Below are positions 1 to 9,128 of a DNA stretch of 64,000 nt, piece after piece (within the stretch, counting starts at the first letter, position 1; each line of letters begins with the position of its first letter). The stretch comes from Candidatus Daviesbacteria bacterium. Lineage in GTDB: Bacteria; Patescibacteriota; Microgenomatia; Daviesbacterales; UBA10151. The translations under genes and the position numbers were made by a program. The notes under the pieces were generated by a model, which saw only the letters and a program-made list of their open reading frames with translations, did no database searches and was not told the origin of the DNA. Location: positions 94,616 through 158,615 of the forward strand of contig JACPKL010000010.1 of the NCBI GenBank assembly GCA_016187035.1. The letters are read 5' to 3'.

Positions 1-98
1 GATCATTTTCAGGTACCAGCTTGGCAGCAGGAATTTGTTTATGACCACGACTTACAAAAAACTTAATATATTTTTCCCTGATATCTTTTGAACTCATG
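1..98 (-). CDS. alaS: alanyl-tRNA synthetase, N-terminal fragment (gene runs off the window start)
   Basis: The minus-strand translation from the ATG at 96-98 reads MSSKDIREKYIKFFVSRGHKQIPAAKLVPENDP, a typical AlaRS N-terminus. Confidence 0.6.
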
Positions 99-115
99 AA
101 GGTATTTTACCTCAT

Positions 116-364
116 TTATCTTTTCATTAAAACTCGTTTATGGAATCTTTTAGGTTTTAATTTATACTCTTTCCTTTTTATTTCTGTTAAAGCCTTTGCC
201 TTTTCAGCTATCTCTGTTACCAAAGAAGTTGTAGTATTATTGTTAAATCTATCTAAAGTTTTTTTAAGATCTCTCAAAATAAAAAAGACCTGGACGCCAG
301 TTATTGCCAGAAAAATAGATAAAAGAAAAGTTAAAAAGATTAAAGCTATTTGCAGTAAATCCAT
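116..364 (-). CDS. small membrane protein, hypothetical
   Basis: 82-aa ORF with one hydrophobic helix, co-oriented with alaS and the rodZ-like gene. It competes with a low-complexity plus-strand ORF at 96..488. Confidence 0.3.
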   Translation of the reverse strand: MDLLQIALIFLTFLLSIFLAITGVQVFFILRDLKKTLDRFNNNTTTSLVTEIAEKAKALTEIKRKEYKLKPKRFHKRVLMKR

Positions 365-382
365 GGCGCTAAGTGTAACATA

Positions 383-1021
383 TCACCTTTTCAGAAAAAT
401 AGTCCTTTGTATTCTAGTTTGCTTACCGCTATTTGAAACAGCAGCAATAACGATGTTATTAACATTATCAGATAATTTAATAGTTTGAGAAAATCTTCCA
501 TTTTGATCAACAGCAATTTCTTGCTCATTAATATTCACCTTTACCTCAGGGTCTGTTCTACCTGAAATAACTATCTCTAAAGAACTTGTGCTAAATTGGT
601 CAGGTGGTTGACTAATTTCTAGACGCGGAGCACCAACCAAAAATCTATATTCAAACCAAAGGTATGTGAAAAAAATCACCACTAATGTTAAAACAACAAA
701 TCCTAAAACCCTAGCAGGAGTTATTCTAATTCTTGTTCTATTAATAGGATGACTGAATGATTCTAGGATCCTTGGAGGATGTTTTTGATCGGAAAATTCT
801 CTTCTAAACACTGCTAGAAGTTTATCTTTGTCAAGCCCTAAGAATTTACCGTAATTTTTAATAAATCCCTGAACAAAGGTTGGCGGGGGAAGTTTTTGAT
901 ATTGACCGGCCTCTAAAGCTTGTAGTAATTCTTTTCTAATTTTAGTTGCCTTTTCTACCTCATCAAGGGTATAGAATTTTTTTTCTCTTTCTTCTGCTAA
1001 AATTTGTCCTACAGTCCTCAT
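383..1021 (-). CDS. RodZ-like HTH (XRE) domain membrane protein
   Basis: N-terminal HTH (TLDEVEKATKIRKELLQALEAG), a central TM helix and an extracytoplasmic C-terminal domain. Confidence 0.55.
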   Translation of the reverse strand: MRTVGQILAEEREKKFYTLDEVEKATKIRKELLQALEAGQYQKLPPPTFVQGFIKNYGKFLGLDKDKLLAVFRREFSDQKHPPRILESFSHPINRTRIRITPARVLGFVVLTLVVIFFTYLWFEYRFLVGAPRLEISQPPDQFSTSSLEIVISGRTDPEVKVNINEQEIAVDQNGRFSQTIKLSDNVNNIVIAAVSNSGKQTRIQRTIFLKR

Positions 1022-1076
1022 TAATGGAATAATATACCAGTTGACAGATAAAGTCTAACAAATTAATATACAGTTA

Positions 1077-1574
1077 ATGTCCGATCAACAACCACTTCCA
1101 CCGCCCAGCGGTGACTGCGAAAAAGCAGAAAAATATATTAGCCAACTGATTAATCTAATTAAAATAGATAAGTTAACAGTTACCCATACTGATCTTTCTA
1201 AATTCGACCCCTCCTCCCTGCAAGATCACTATCGTCTGGATTTAAAAGACTATGAGATAGAAATTAGCCATAGCAAAGAACCTGATTCCGGACAAGATTT
1301 CTATGTAATTTTGTTCAACAACTTAAAATACATCAATCAACAATGCAGTGAAAAAGTAATCTTAGCTTATATGCATTTAAATGAGACTCTATTTATAAGC
1401 TTTAAAACAACTGCAGATGAGCAGTTAGAAAAGAACAGGAAGGAAGCTGAGGAAAAAAGATTTAAAGAAGCCATGAATCCAATTGACCAAGCACTTGAAC
1501 AGTTAACAAAATCGTCCTCAGGAGCTGATTTTTTAGAAAACACCGCTTTCCCTTCTCCCTTTGCTGCAACCTAA
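1077..1574 (+). CDS. hypothetical protein
   Basis: 165-aa ORF with no recognisable motif. Confidence 0.35.
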   Translation: MSDQQPLPPPSGDCEKAEKYISQLINLIKIDKLTVTHTDLSKFDPSSLQDHYRLDLKDYEIEISHSKEPDSGQDFYVILFNNLKYINQQCSEKVILAYMHLNETLFISFKTTADEQLEKNRKEAEEKRFKEAMNPIDQALEQLTKSSSGADFLENTAFPSPFAAT

Positions 1575-1587
1575 GTAAATGGAGTTA

Positions 1588-2148
1588 CTAAATTTTAAAT
1601 ATTCCTCGACGTAATATTTTTACTAAATTATTGTCAAAAGCAACTATTGTAGAAGGCTTTGACTCTCTATACCCTCCATCTAGATAGAAAGAAACTTTAT
1701 CTCCAAAATACTTCCTAGCTTGATTAATATTTGTTGCATGCTTTTTTCCTTCTAGATTTGCGCTTGGCGCAACTACAGGACCAGCCTCTCTTAAAATATT
1801 TAAAAGCTTCGTATCTTTGGGCATTCTAAAAGCTAAAGTATTTGTCCCTCTATGAAGATAGGAAAATCTCTGAACTTTACATGATAAAACTACACTCAAG
1901 GGATTTGGCCAATTCTTCTTCAGGAAATCCCTTTGGATATCAGTTAATTTAATATCAAATTTTTTTAAATCATCTATAGAAGAAATCAAAATAATCATTG
2001 GTTTATCTTTAACTCTTTTCCTTAACTTATAAATCTCTTCCACAGTATGAGGGTTAAAAGCTGATCCAATTAATCCGTAAATGGTGTCTGTGGGAATTAC
2101 CCCTATCTTGCCTTCTTTTAAGAATCTAACAATTTGTGAGAATTCCAT
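1588..2148 (-). CDS. tsaC: L-threonylcarbamoyladenylate synthase (YrdC/Sua5 family)
   Basis: PTDTIYGL motif, about 186 aa, YrdC-domain architecture. Confidence 0.8.
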   Translation of the reverse strand: MEFSQIVRFLKEGKIGVIPTDTIYGLIGSAFNPHTVEEIYKLRKRVKDKPMIILISSIDDLKKFDIKLTDIQRDFLKKNWPNPLSVVLSCKVQRFSYLHRGTNTLAFRMPKDTKLLNILREAGPVVAPSANLEGKKHATNINQARKYFGDKVSFYLDGGYRESKPSTIVAFDNNLVKILRRGIFKI

Positions 2149-2156
2149 TCTGATAC

Positions 2157-4253
2157 TTAAGCTGAGGAGCCTTGTTGGACGGCAAGATATTCTTCAGCAT
2201 TTTTAACTAACACATCTCTGGGTTTCGAACCTTCCCCTGTCCCTACAATTCCTGCGGTCTCCAACTCATCTAAAATCCTAGCAGCCCTAGCATAACCAAT
2301 TTTTAATCTTCTTTGTAGCAAAGAGGCTGAAGCCCGGTCGTATTGACACACTGTTCTGACTGCTTCCTCAAACAACTCATCTCTATCTTCACCATTACCT
2401 CCTTTGCTTCCTGCTTTACCCAAAGGCATCTCAGTTACTTCAGCAGTATATTGAGGAGCAATACCGGTAGCTTTCAGGTATTTAATTAAACTGTTTATTT
2501 CTGAATCTTGAACAAAAACTCCTTGAATTCTCATTGGTTTTGAAGCATCTGGAGGTAAAAATAACATATCCCCTCGGCCCAATAATTTTTCTGCTCCTGG
2601 TCCGTCTAAAATGACCCGAGAATCAACCATCGAGGATACATTAAAAGCAATCCTACAAGGAATATTAGCTTTAATCAAACCTGTGATTACATCAACAGAT
2701 GGTCTTTGAGTGGCTACTACCAAATGAATCCCTGTAGCGCGTGCCAGTTGAGCAATTCTGGTAATAGCATCTTCAATTTCTACTGGAGCAAACATCATTA
2801 AATCAGCCAGCTCATCAACAATAATGATAATATAGGGCAAAGCTTGGAATCCTGACATATCATTAAACCCAGCAATATTTCTTACTCCTGCTGATTGAAA
2901 TAATTTATACCTTCGGTCCATTTCTGCCATAGCCCATTTAAGAGAAGATAAGATTTTTTCTGGATCTGTAATAACAGGAGTGAGCAAATGAGGAATACCA
3001 TTATAATTTGTCAATTCCACTCTTTTGGGATCGATCAAAATCAGTTTTAATTCATCTGGTGAATTTCTAAATAGTAAAGAGGTGATCACCGCATTTAACA
3101 TGATTGATTTACCTGAACCTGTGGTACCAGCGATTAAACAGTGAGGCATTCGGTCAATATCTACTATCATGGCCTTAGATGAAGTATCCCTTCCTAAAGC
3201 AACTGCTAATTTTGACTTATGCCTTCGCATCTCATCAGAGGCTAATAATTGTTTTAATCCAACGACCTCCAACGACCTGTTTGGCACCTCTATTCCTACT
3301 AAAGATTTACCGGGAATAGGAGCTTCTATCCTGACCGTACCAGTGGGTGTAGCTAAAGCTAAAGCCAAATCATGTTGTAGATTAGCTATTTTGGAGATTT
3401 TGGTACCTGCTGATATTTCTAAAGCATATTGAGTAACAGCCGGACCACCATTTACCTCTGCTACTCTGGCTTGTATACCAAAAGAGTCTAAAGTCCTTTC
3501 TATAATAGCTGCACTTTTTTTAACATCACCTCTGTCAGCTGGAGAACCAACTTTATCAGATAATAAAGATAGCACCGGGTATTTCCATACTTTTGATTGT
3601 CCAGCCATATTCTGCACTAAAGCATCTGCAATAATAGGCTCTTTGGTAAAAACTGGCGTATTCCTTACTTGAGGCTTCTCATCTACCCCGTAAACCTTAA
3701 TTGGAATATGTTTGGCCTCAAATGTTCTTTGTCTTACGAACAAGGATTTAAAAAGATTCTTTGCTGCTCCAAATACAAAACCAAATATTTTTAAGATTTG
3801 ATTCAAAGAAGTATTAAAAAGAACTACCAAACCCACTAAAAACAACAATATTAATAAGGCTGCTCCTCCAAAAGGAGTAACAAAAGAGGCTAATTCTCTC
3901 CAAAACAATTGTCCAATTAGACCTCCTTTTTCATATTTTAGTGCAGCTATCAAAGAAGAGAGTGCGATAACTATTAATAAAAAGCCCAGTAATACATTAG
4001 TTTGAGCAAATCTCCATTTCGCTTTTGTTAAAACAAGTCCTGATAACAAAAAAATAATAGGCGCAACTATACTCATCAAACCAAGTGTATTCATTAAAAA
4101 ATCTTTCCAAAAAGTTAACGTTTCAGACTGTGTTGTTAAAGCAACTATTGATACAACAGCTAAAATAAAAGCGATTAATGTTCCCACTGCAGTGATTGTT
4201 TTTTGTCTTAACTTTAGTTTGGGTAATTTATAAACAGAGCGTCTTCTAGACAT
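2157..4253 (-). CDS. ftsK: DNA translocase FtsK/SpoIIIE
   Basis: N-terminal TM helices, Walker A GTTGSGKS and a C-terminal winged-helix (gamma) region. Confidence 0.9.
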   Translation of the reverse strand: MSRRRSVYKLPKLKLRQKTITAVGTLIAFILAVVSIVALTTQSETLTFWKDFLMNTLGLMSIVAPIIFLLSGLVLTKAKWRFAQTNVLLGFLLIVIALSSLIAALKYEKGGLIGQLFWRELASFVTPFGGAALLILLFLVGLVVLFNTSLNQILKIFGFVFGAAKNLFKSLFVRQRTFEAKHIPIKVYGVDEKPQVRNTPVFTKEPIIADALVQNMAGQSKVWKYPVLSLLSDKVGSPADRGDVKKSAAIIERTLDSFGIQARVAEVNGGPAVTQYALEISAGTKISKIANLQHDLALALATPTGTVRIEAPIPGKSLVGIEVPNRSLEVVGLKQLLASDEMRRHKSKLAVALGRDTSSKAMIVDIDRMPHCLIAGTTGSGKSIMLNAVITSLLFRNSPDELKLILIDPKRVELTNYNGIPHLLTPVITDPEKILSSLKWAMAEMDRRYKLFQSAGVRNIAGFNDMSGFQALPYIIIIVDELADLMMFAPVEIEDAITRIAQLARATGIHLVVATQRPSVDVITGLIKANIPCRIAFNVSSMVDSRVILDGPGAEKLLGRGDMLFLPPDASKPMRIQGVFVQDSEINSLIKYLKATGIAPQYTAEVTEMPLGKAGSKGGNGEDRDELFEEAVRTVCQYDRASASLLQRRLKIGYARAARILDELETAGIVGTGEGSKPRDVLVKNAEEYLAVQQGSSA

Positions 4254-4292
4254 AATTCATTATATATTATACCATACTTACTATAGGTTCTA

Positions 4293-5984
4293 TCACACTT
4301 CTACTATTATAGATAAAATCAATGGCCTTCTTAGAGTAGCTTGATAAAAAAACCTTTCCAAGGTATCCTCAACTAATTTCCGCGTAAATCTCCAGTCTGA
4401 AATTTTATGATGATGCTTATCTAAGTTATTTTTTAATAAAGTTTTAGCCTCATCTAACAATCCGCCAGATTGTTCCTCAAACACAAAACCCCTTGAGATT
4501 ACATCTATTTCTCCCTCTGATTTACCGCTATGTTGATCAATCGGCACAACCACCACCACTATTCCTTCCTCACTCATAACTTTTCTATCTCTTAACACCA
4601 CATGTCCTACATCACCAATCCCTAAACCATCCACAAAAACATTTTGCACCTCAATTCGATTTGATACTTTCATATTATCTGGTTTCACTTCTAAGATATC
4701 TCCGTCTAGAACTTGTAAGATTTTGTCTGTTTCATAACCCATGTTTGTAAAAACTTGAGAAAACTTTTTCATATGTCTGTAGGTCCCTCCAATTGGCATC
4801 ATAAATTTTGGTTTAATTAAATTTACCATAAGTCTTAATTCTTCCAAAGCTGCATGTCCTGAAACATGCAAAGAATCTGTAATAGCTGAATAATAAACAT
4901 TCGCTCCGAGTGTAGTTAAAGAATCAATTAAAGCATTTTGAGCAGATTCAGTAGAAGGAATTGGATCTGCTGAAAAAAGTACACTATCCCCCACTTTTAA
5001 TTTGATCAGTTTATGCTCTTCATTGGCAACTCTTGATAAAGAAGAATCTGGCTGACCTTGAGCTCCAGCAATTAAGACTAATAATCTATTAGGAGCAAAA
5101 GAATTAATAGCATCTGAAGCTATCATAACTGAAGGAGGAACATGTAGATAACCTAAATCTCTTGATACTTGAAAATTATTTTCAAAAGATCGCCCTACTA
5201 CAGCAACTTTTCTACCTAATCTTTGGGAAACATTAATTGCTTGCTGCATTCTGGAAACATTTGAGGATGTCATAGTTATCAGTAACTTCCCTTTAGTTTC
5301 CCGCGCAACCTGTTCAAAAGACTCCTCAATTGATTTTTCTGACTTATTAAAACCAGGTTTGTCTATTCTTAAGCAATCTATTAGTAGCAGTAAAACGCCT
5401 TCTGCTCCCAGACGGGAAACTGTTGATACATCAGTTACTTGTCCTGAAACTGGTGTCCAATCTATTTTAAAATCTGCTTGATGAATAATCAAACCAACTG
5501 GAGTTCTTAAAACTACTCCTGTTGAATCAGGCACAGAGTGAGAAACTTGATAAAAAGAAACTTTAAAACATCCTAAATTTAACTCCTCGTTAATTTTTAC
5601 TTCAAATATTTTATTTTTAGGTAAATTGTGTTCAGAAAATTTTGCTTTAATAAATCCAGCAGTAAGTTTTTGAGTATAAATAGGTACTTGAAGCTCTGGC
5701 CAAATATATGGTAATCCTCCTATATGATCTTCATGACCGTGAGTAATGATTATTCCTCTGATTTTATTTATTCTTTCCCGAAGATATGATATATCAGGAA
5801 TAACCAAATCCACACCTGGCATAGCTTCATCAGGGAAACCAACCCCACAATCTATAATGACAATATCATTATCATATTCATAAATATACATATTTTTGGT
5901 AACATCACCTACTCCACCTAAAGGAATTAATTTTAAACTCTGCCCTTTATCTAACATAAATTGCTTTGGGTGAAATATCTTCAT
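4293..5984 (-). CDS. rnj: ribonuclease J
   Basis: Metallo-beta-lactamase HGHEDHIGG motif with the beta-CASP architecture, 563 aa. Confidence 0.9.
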   Translation of the reverse strand: MKIFHPKQFMLDKGQSLKLIPLGGVGDVTKNMYIYEYDNDIVIIDCGVGFPDEAMPGVDLVIPDISYLRERINKIRGIIITHGHEDHIGGLPYIWPELQVPIYTQKLTAGFIKAKFSEHNLPKNKIFEVKINEELNLGCFKVSFYQVSHSVPDSTGVVLRTPVGLIIHQADFKIDWTPVSGQVTDVSTVSRLGAEGVLLLLIDCLRIDKPGFNKSEKSIEESFEQVARETKGKLLITMTSSNVSRMQQAINVSQRLGRKVAVVGRSFENNFQVSRDLGYLHVPPSVMIASDAINSFAPNRLLVLIAGAQGQPDSSLSRVANEEHKLIKLKVGDSVLFSADPIPSTESAQNALIDSLTTLGANVYYSAITDSLHVSGHAALEELRLMVNLIKPKFMMPIGGTYRHMKKFSQVFTNMGYETDKILQVLDGDILEVKPDNMKVSNRIEVQNVFVDGLGIGDVGHVVLRDRKVMSEEGIVVVVVPIDQHSGKSEGEIDVISRGFVFEEQSGGLLDEAKTLLKNNLDKHHHKISDWRFTRKLVEDTLERFFYQATLRRPLILSIIVEV

Positions 5985-5996
5985 AAGAGCGTTGAG

Positions 5997-7022
5997 TTAT
6001 CCTGTCAAGTAGTCTCCTAAATTATCTGAATTAATCTTAAACGGCCCACTTTGTCCTTCTACCATTTTTCTTGCAACCTTTCGGCAAATTGTTTGCAGTG
6101 TTCTTGCTAAAGATCTTATACCAGCGTCAAAACCTAAAGGACGAATAATCTGTGGCCAAATAGAATCATCAATCTGTAAAATATTATTATCTATTCCTGC
6201 TTCTTCTAATGCTTTTGGCAAAAGATAGTTTTTACCTATTATTTGCTTTTCTTCATCAGTAAAGCTGGGCATTTGAATTGGTTCTATCCTATCTAAAACT
6301 GCTGTTGCTATATTTGATGTATTATTGGCTGTAGCTATAAAAAGAACTTGTGATAAATCATAAGGAAAATCCAAATAATGATCTACAAAAGCTTGGTTTT
6401 GGCTGGGGTCCAAAAGCTCTACTAAAATCCCCATAATATCAACTCTATGCTCTTGAGCTACTCTATCTATTTCGTCAAGTAAAATAACCGGGTTTGAAAC
6501 TTTGGCTAGTCTAACAGCTTTGATAATTTGACCTGGTTCTGCTTCAGCTCTCTGGCGTGATTGGCCACGAAGCAAATTCGGATCACCCAAACCTCCAAAC
6601 GGAATCCTGACAATCGGCCTGCCTAGACTTTCTGCTATTGAATAAGCAAGAGAAGTTTTACCTGTTCCTACCAAACCAATAAAAGCTAAAATTGGGGCAT
6701 GTCCTTCGACTCGCTGACGCTGCGGATTTCTTCTGTTTAAAATCATGACTGCTAGGTATTCTAAAATCCTATCCTTTACCACTTGTAGGCCATAATGATT
6801 TTTATCCAGGATTTGTTTTGTGCGGTTAATGTCTAATATATCAGTAGAATTTTTATTAAAAGGCAGGGAAATTACAAAATTAATATAAGCTACTAAACTT
6901 GATAGTTCATGTATCCCAGAAAATTTCAAAGCAGTTAAGAGTTTCTCTGATACCTCAGGAGGTAAATTAGCTTGGGTAATTTTTATTTTTAGTTCTTCAA
7001 GACTTAATCGGGCAGAATCCAT
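5997..7022 (-). CDS. Lon-family AAA+ ATPase module only (no LON N-domain, no S16 protease domain)
   Basis: Aligns to E. coli Lon about residues 270-600: HYGLxxVKDRILEYLAV, Walker A GLVGTGKTSLA, LLDEIDR and a C-terminal AGIRSLxRxLxxICRK sensor region. The flanks are RNase J and a 125-bp intergenic region. Confidence 0.75.
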   Translation of the reverse strand: MDSARLSLEELKIKITQANLPPEVSEKLLTALKFSGIHELSSLVAYINFVISLPFNKNSTDILDINRTKQILDKNHYGLQVVKDRILEYLAVMILNRRNPQRQRVEGHAPILAFIGLVGTGKTSLAYSIAESLGRPIVRIPFGGLGDPNLLRGQSRQRAEAEPGQIIKAVRLAKVSNPVILLDEIDRVAQEHRVDIMGILVELLDPSQNQAFVDHYLDFPYDLSQVLFIATANNTSNIATAVLDRIEPIQMPSFTDEEKQIIGKNYLLPKALEEAGIDNNILQIDDSIWPQIIRPLGFDAGIRSLARTLQTICRKVARKMVEGQSGPFKINSDNLGDYLTG

Positions 7023-7147
7023 GCTTCATATTTTACCTCAAATGTTATTCCTATGAAAGTCCTTCGATCCCGAGGTCCTCAGGACCGAGGGGCAGTAATC
7101 CATAAAATAATATTGTCATTCTGATTTGCATCACCTTAAGTATACTA

Positions 7148-7991
7148 CTATCCTTGTACTTCTGACAAATAATTTTTTCCAGTCACAATTGATCTTTTTA
7201 AACGTTTTTCTAACAGTTTCCTGGTTTGTCCGGCTACACTACCGCCTGTTTTTGCATCTTTTTTAAGTTTCGGCATTCCTTTTGAATCCTCGGTCCGATG
7301 AATCTCTGTGGTGGTTCTTTCTCCAAGCATAGTCAGAATTAACTCAAAATCATCCATATGATCACGTAAATTCTCCCGTTTCAATAGTTAAAATTTCATA
7401 ATCTCTTTGAATTTGAGCGCCACGATTTTGCCATTCATTTGTTAACTCCTCGCGAATGGCAATACCCCTCATCCTTTTTTCAATCCAGGAATCTGGATAA
7501 CCTTTGGCTTTATATAAAGCCCTTGTTCTTTTGGTTGCCAACTCCGGGTCTTCTATTTCCTGCACTCTTTCATATCCCACCCTTGCTAACCACCTTTTAA
7601 AAGGTTCTGCCTTAGGTGAGGGAATTGATTGGATAATTCTAAAAATACCTTCTGTGTTAGCGCAATCTGTTTCTCTTAACTTTCCATCAAGAGCTTTCAG
7701 TTTCAACCTTCGACAAATTGTCGATAGTTCAACTCCGTCCTCACTTTTAACCCTGATCTTCATTTTGAACCAGTAGTCATTTGGATTAACGCTATCAGTT
7801 AAAACTGCAATTACATCTACTACAGAAAACCACCATTCATTTTTAAATATAGTATTTCTGATATTTTTGCCTTTGAAAATTGCTATTCTGGTTTCAGATG
7901 TTATATTAACCACATTCTCACTATATTCCAAATAATACCCGAATGTCAATAAGAAGTTTTGATACCTATATGCTATACTGCAATTATGCAA
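7148..7991 (-). pseudogene. DinD-like / Bro-N domain protein, apparently frameshifted into two overlapping ORFs (7362..7991 and 7148..7384)
   Basis: The N-terminal ORF carries a Bro-N-like segment (EWWFSVVDVIAVLTDSVNP). The downstream ORF matches the DinD C-terminal region (RDHMDDFELILTMLGERTTTE). The two overlap at 7362-7384 next to an A-run. Confidence 0.5.
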
Positions 7992-8040
7992 AGAGGATTT
8001 GCCCCAGTTATAATAGTTATCTTGGTGGCCTTAGGAATAG

Positions 8041-8421
8041 GTAGTTACTACTGTGACTTTTGTACGAGGTGGACAGTTTTATTTAGAAGTAGAAACAGCT
8101 GATGGTCAGAGGAGTAATAGACTCCCTTTTACTGTAGTTGCTGGTCAGCCTTACATTGAGAGTATCTCACCATCTGTTTTTAAGAAGGGATCTACAATCA
8201 CAATTACAGGGACTGAATTTGGTTCTTCAACAGGAAAGGTTAACTTTAACAGTAATAGTGGTTATGGGAATTTATTAGGTTATGGAATTATTGGCTCCTG
8301 GACAGATACCCAGATAATTTTTACAGTACCTTCCAGTTTAGAATCAAAAGAATATGCTTTGGAAATTATAACTTCAGATGGAAGAAAAAGTTCCTATAAA
8401 TACTTTAATGTTACTGATTAA
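8041..8421 (+). CDS. secreted beta-rich domain protein. The open frame begins right after a stop at 8038-8040. A separate 39-aa ORF (7986..8102) in another frame encodes a signal anchor MQRGFAPVIIVILVALGIG
   Basis: GTG/open frame from 8041. The upstream signal-anchor ORF overlaps it, so a +/-1 frameshift near 8045-8050 may join the two. Confidence 0.4.
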   Translation, partial: VVTTVTFVRGGQFYLEVETADGQRSNRLPFTVVAGQPYIESISPSVFKKGSTITITGTEFGSSTGKVNFNSNSGYGNLLGYGIIGSWTDTQIIFTVPSSLESKEYALEIITSDGRKSSYKYFNVTD

Positions 8422-8436
8422 CTAACTTTTTAAAAT

Positions 8437-9114
8437 ATGATTCAAAAAGGTTTTGCACCGATAGCTATACTACTTGTTTTAAGTTTAATAATTACTGGTA
8501 TAGTTTTGATCAGCAAAGGTAAAACTTCAAACGAGCAAATAAGTGATATTAAGCAAGAAAACATCTCAAGCACTGTTATCCCAACACTTACTCCAACAAA
8601 CCCATCTATCCAACCCTCTTTTAAACCTCAACCTACACAGAAACCAAGTCCAACTTTTCTTTACACTCCTGCTCCAACCCCTGCTCAAACTCCTATACCT
8701 ACACCCAAACAACCAATGTTGACAACTAAAGTTTATCTTGGCAGGTCACATAGCAATATACCTGAAAGTGCTTCAGGAAATGGGGAAATTAAATTAATGA
8801 GCCTTGATCCTTATATGTCAGAAGGCGCAAAGATTGCTTCTTTACAATATGATTTTAACTTAAGAGGATTGGAAGCAGAAAGAAAATATTCAATATCCAT
8901 CTGTACTATTCAAGAAGGGGGAGATTGTGTTGGGCTTGCTACTACTAAAACTGACAAATCAGGTAATGCAAGTTATAGTGGCAACTCAGGTATAACTATC
9001 ACCAAAGACAGACCTTTTAAGGCAATTAAGGTGACTCATCATAATGGAGGATTTTGTAGTAATTCTGGATCACCCTGCCTAAGAGGAGAACTTTCTTTAG
9101 AGGTTAATTTTTAA
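8437..9114 (+). CDS. secreted/membrane-anchored protein with a Pro/Thr-rich linker, hypothetical
   Basis: N-terminal MIQKGFAPIAILLVLSLIITGIV anchor followed by a P/T/Q-rich linker. Confidence 0.5.
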   Translation: MIQKGFAPIAILLVLSLIITGIVLISKGKTSNEQISDIKQENISSTVIPTLTPTNPSIQPSFKPQPTQKPSPTFLYTPAPTPAQTPIPTPKQPMLTTKVYLGRSHSNIPESASGNGEIKLMSLDPYMSEGAKIASLQYDFNLRGLEAERKYSISICTIQEGGDCVGLATTKTDKSGNASYSGNSGITITKDRPFKAIKVTHHNGGFCSNSGSPCLRGELSLEVNF

Positions 9115-9128
9115 ATAAGAAAAGGGTA

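Noticed and set aside
96-488. 130-aa plus-strand ORF at the window start
   Set aside because: Low-complexity translation. It overlaps the clear minus-strand alaS 5' end and a co-oriented minus-strand small membrane ORF, so it is probably not coding.
3169-3432. 87-aa ORF antisense within ftsK
   Set aside because: Lies entirely inside the well-supported ftsK CDS on the opposite strand, so it is spurious.
7063-7075. ggtcc-tca-ggacc hairpin in a GC-rich patch of the lon-dinD spacer, as a possible member of the GC-rich element family
   Set aside because: Too short and without the GTCAT termini or shared k-mers. Treated as a generic small hairpin.
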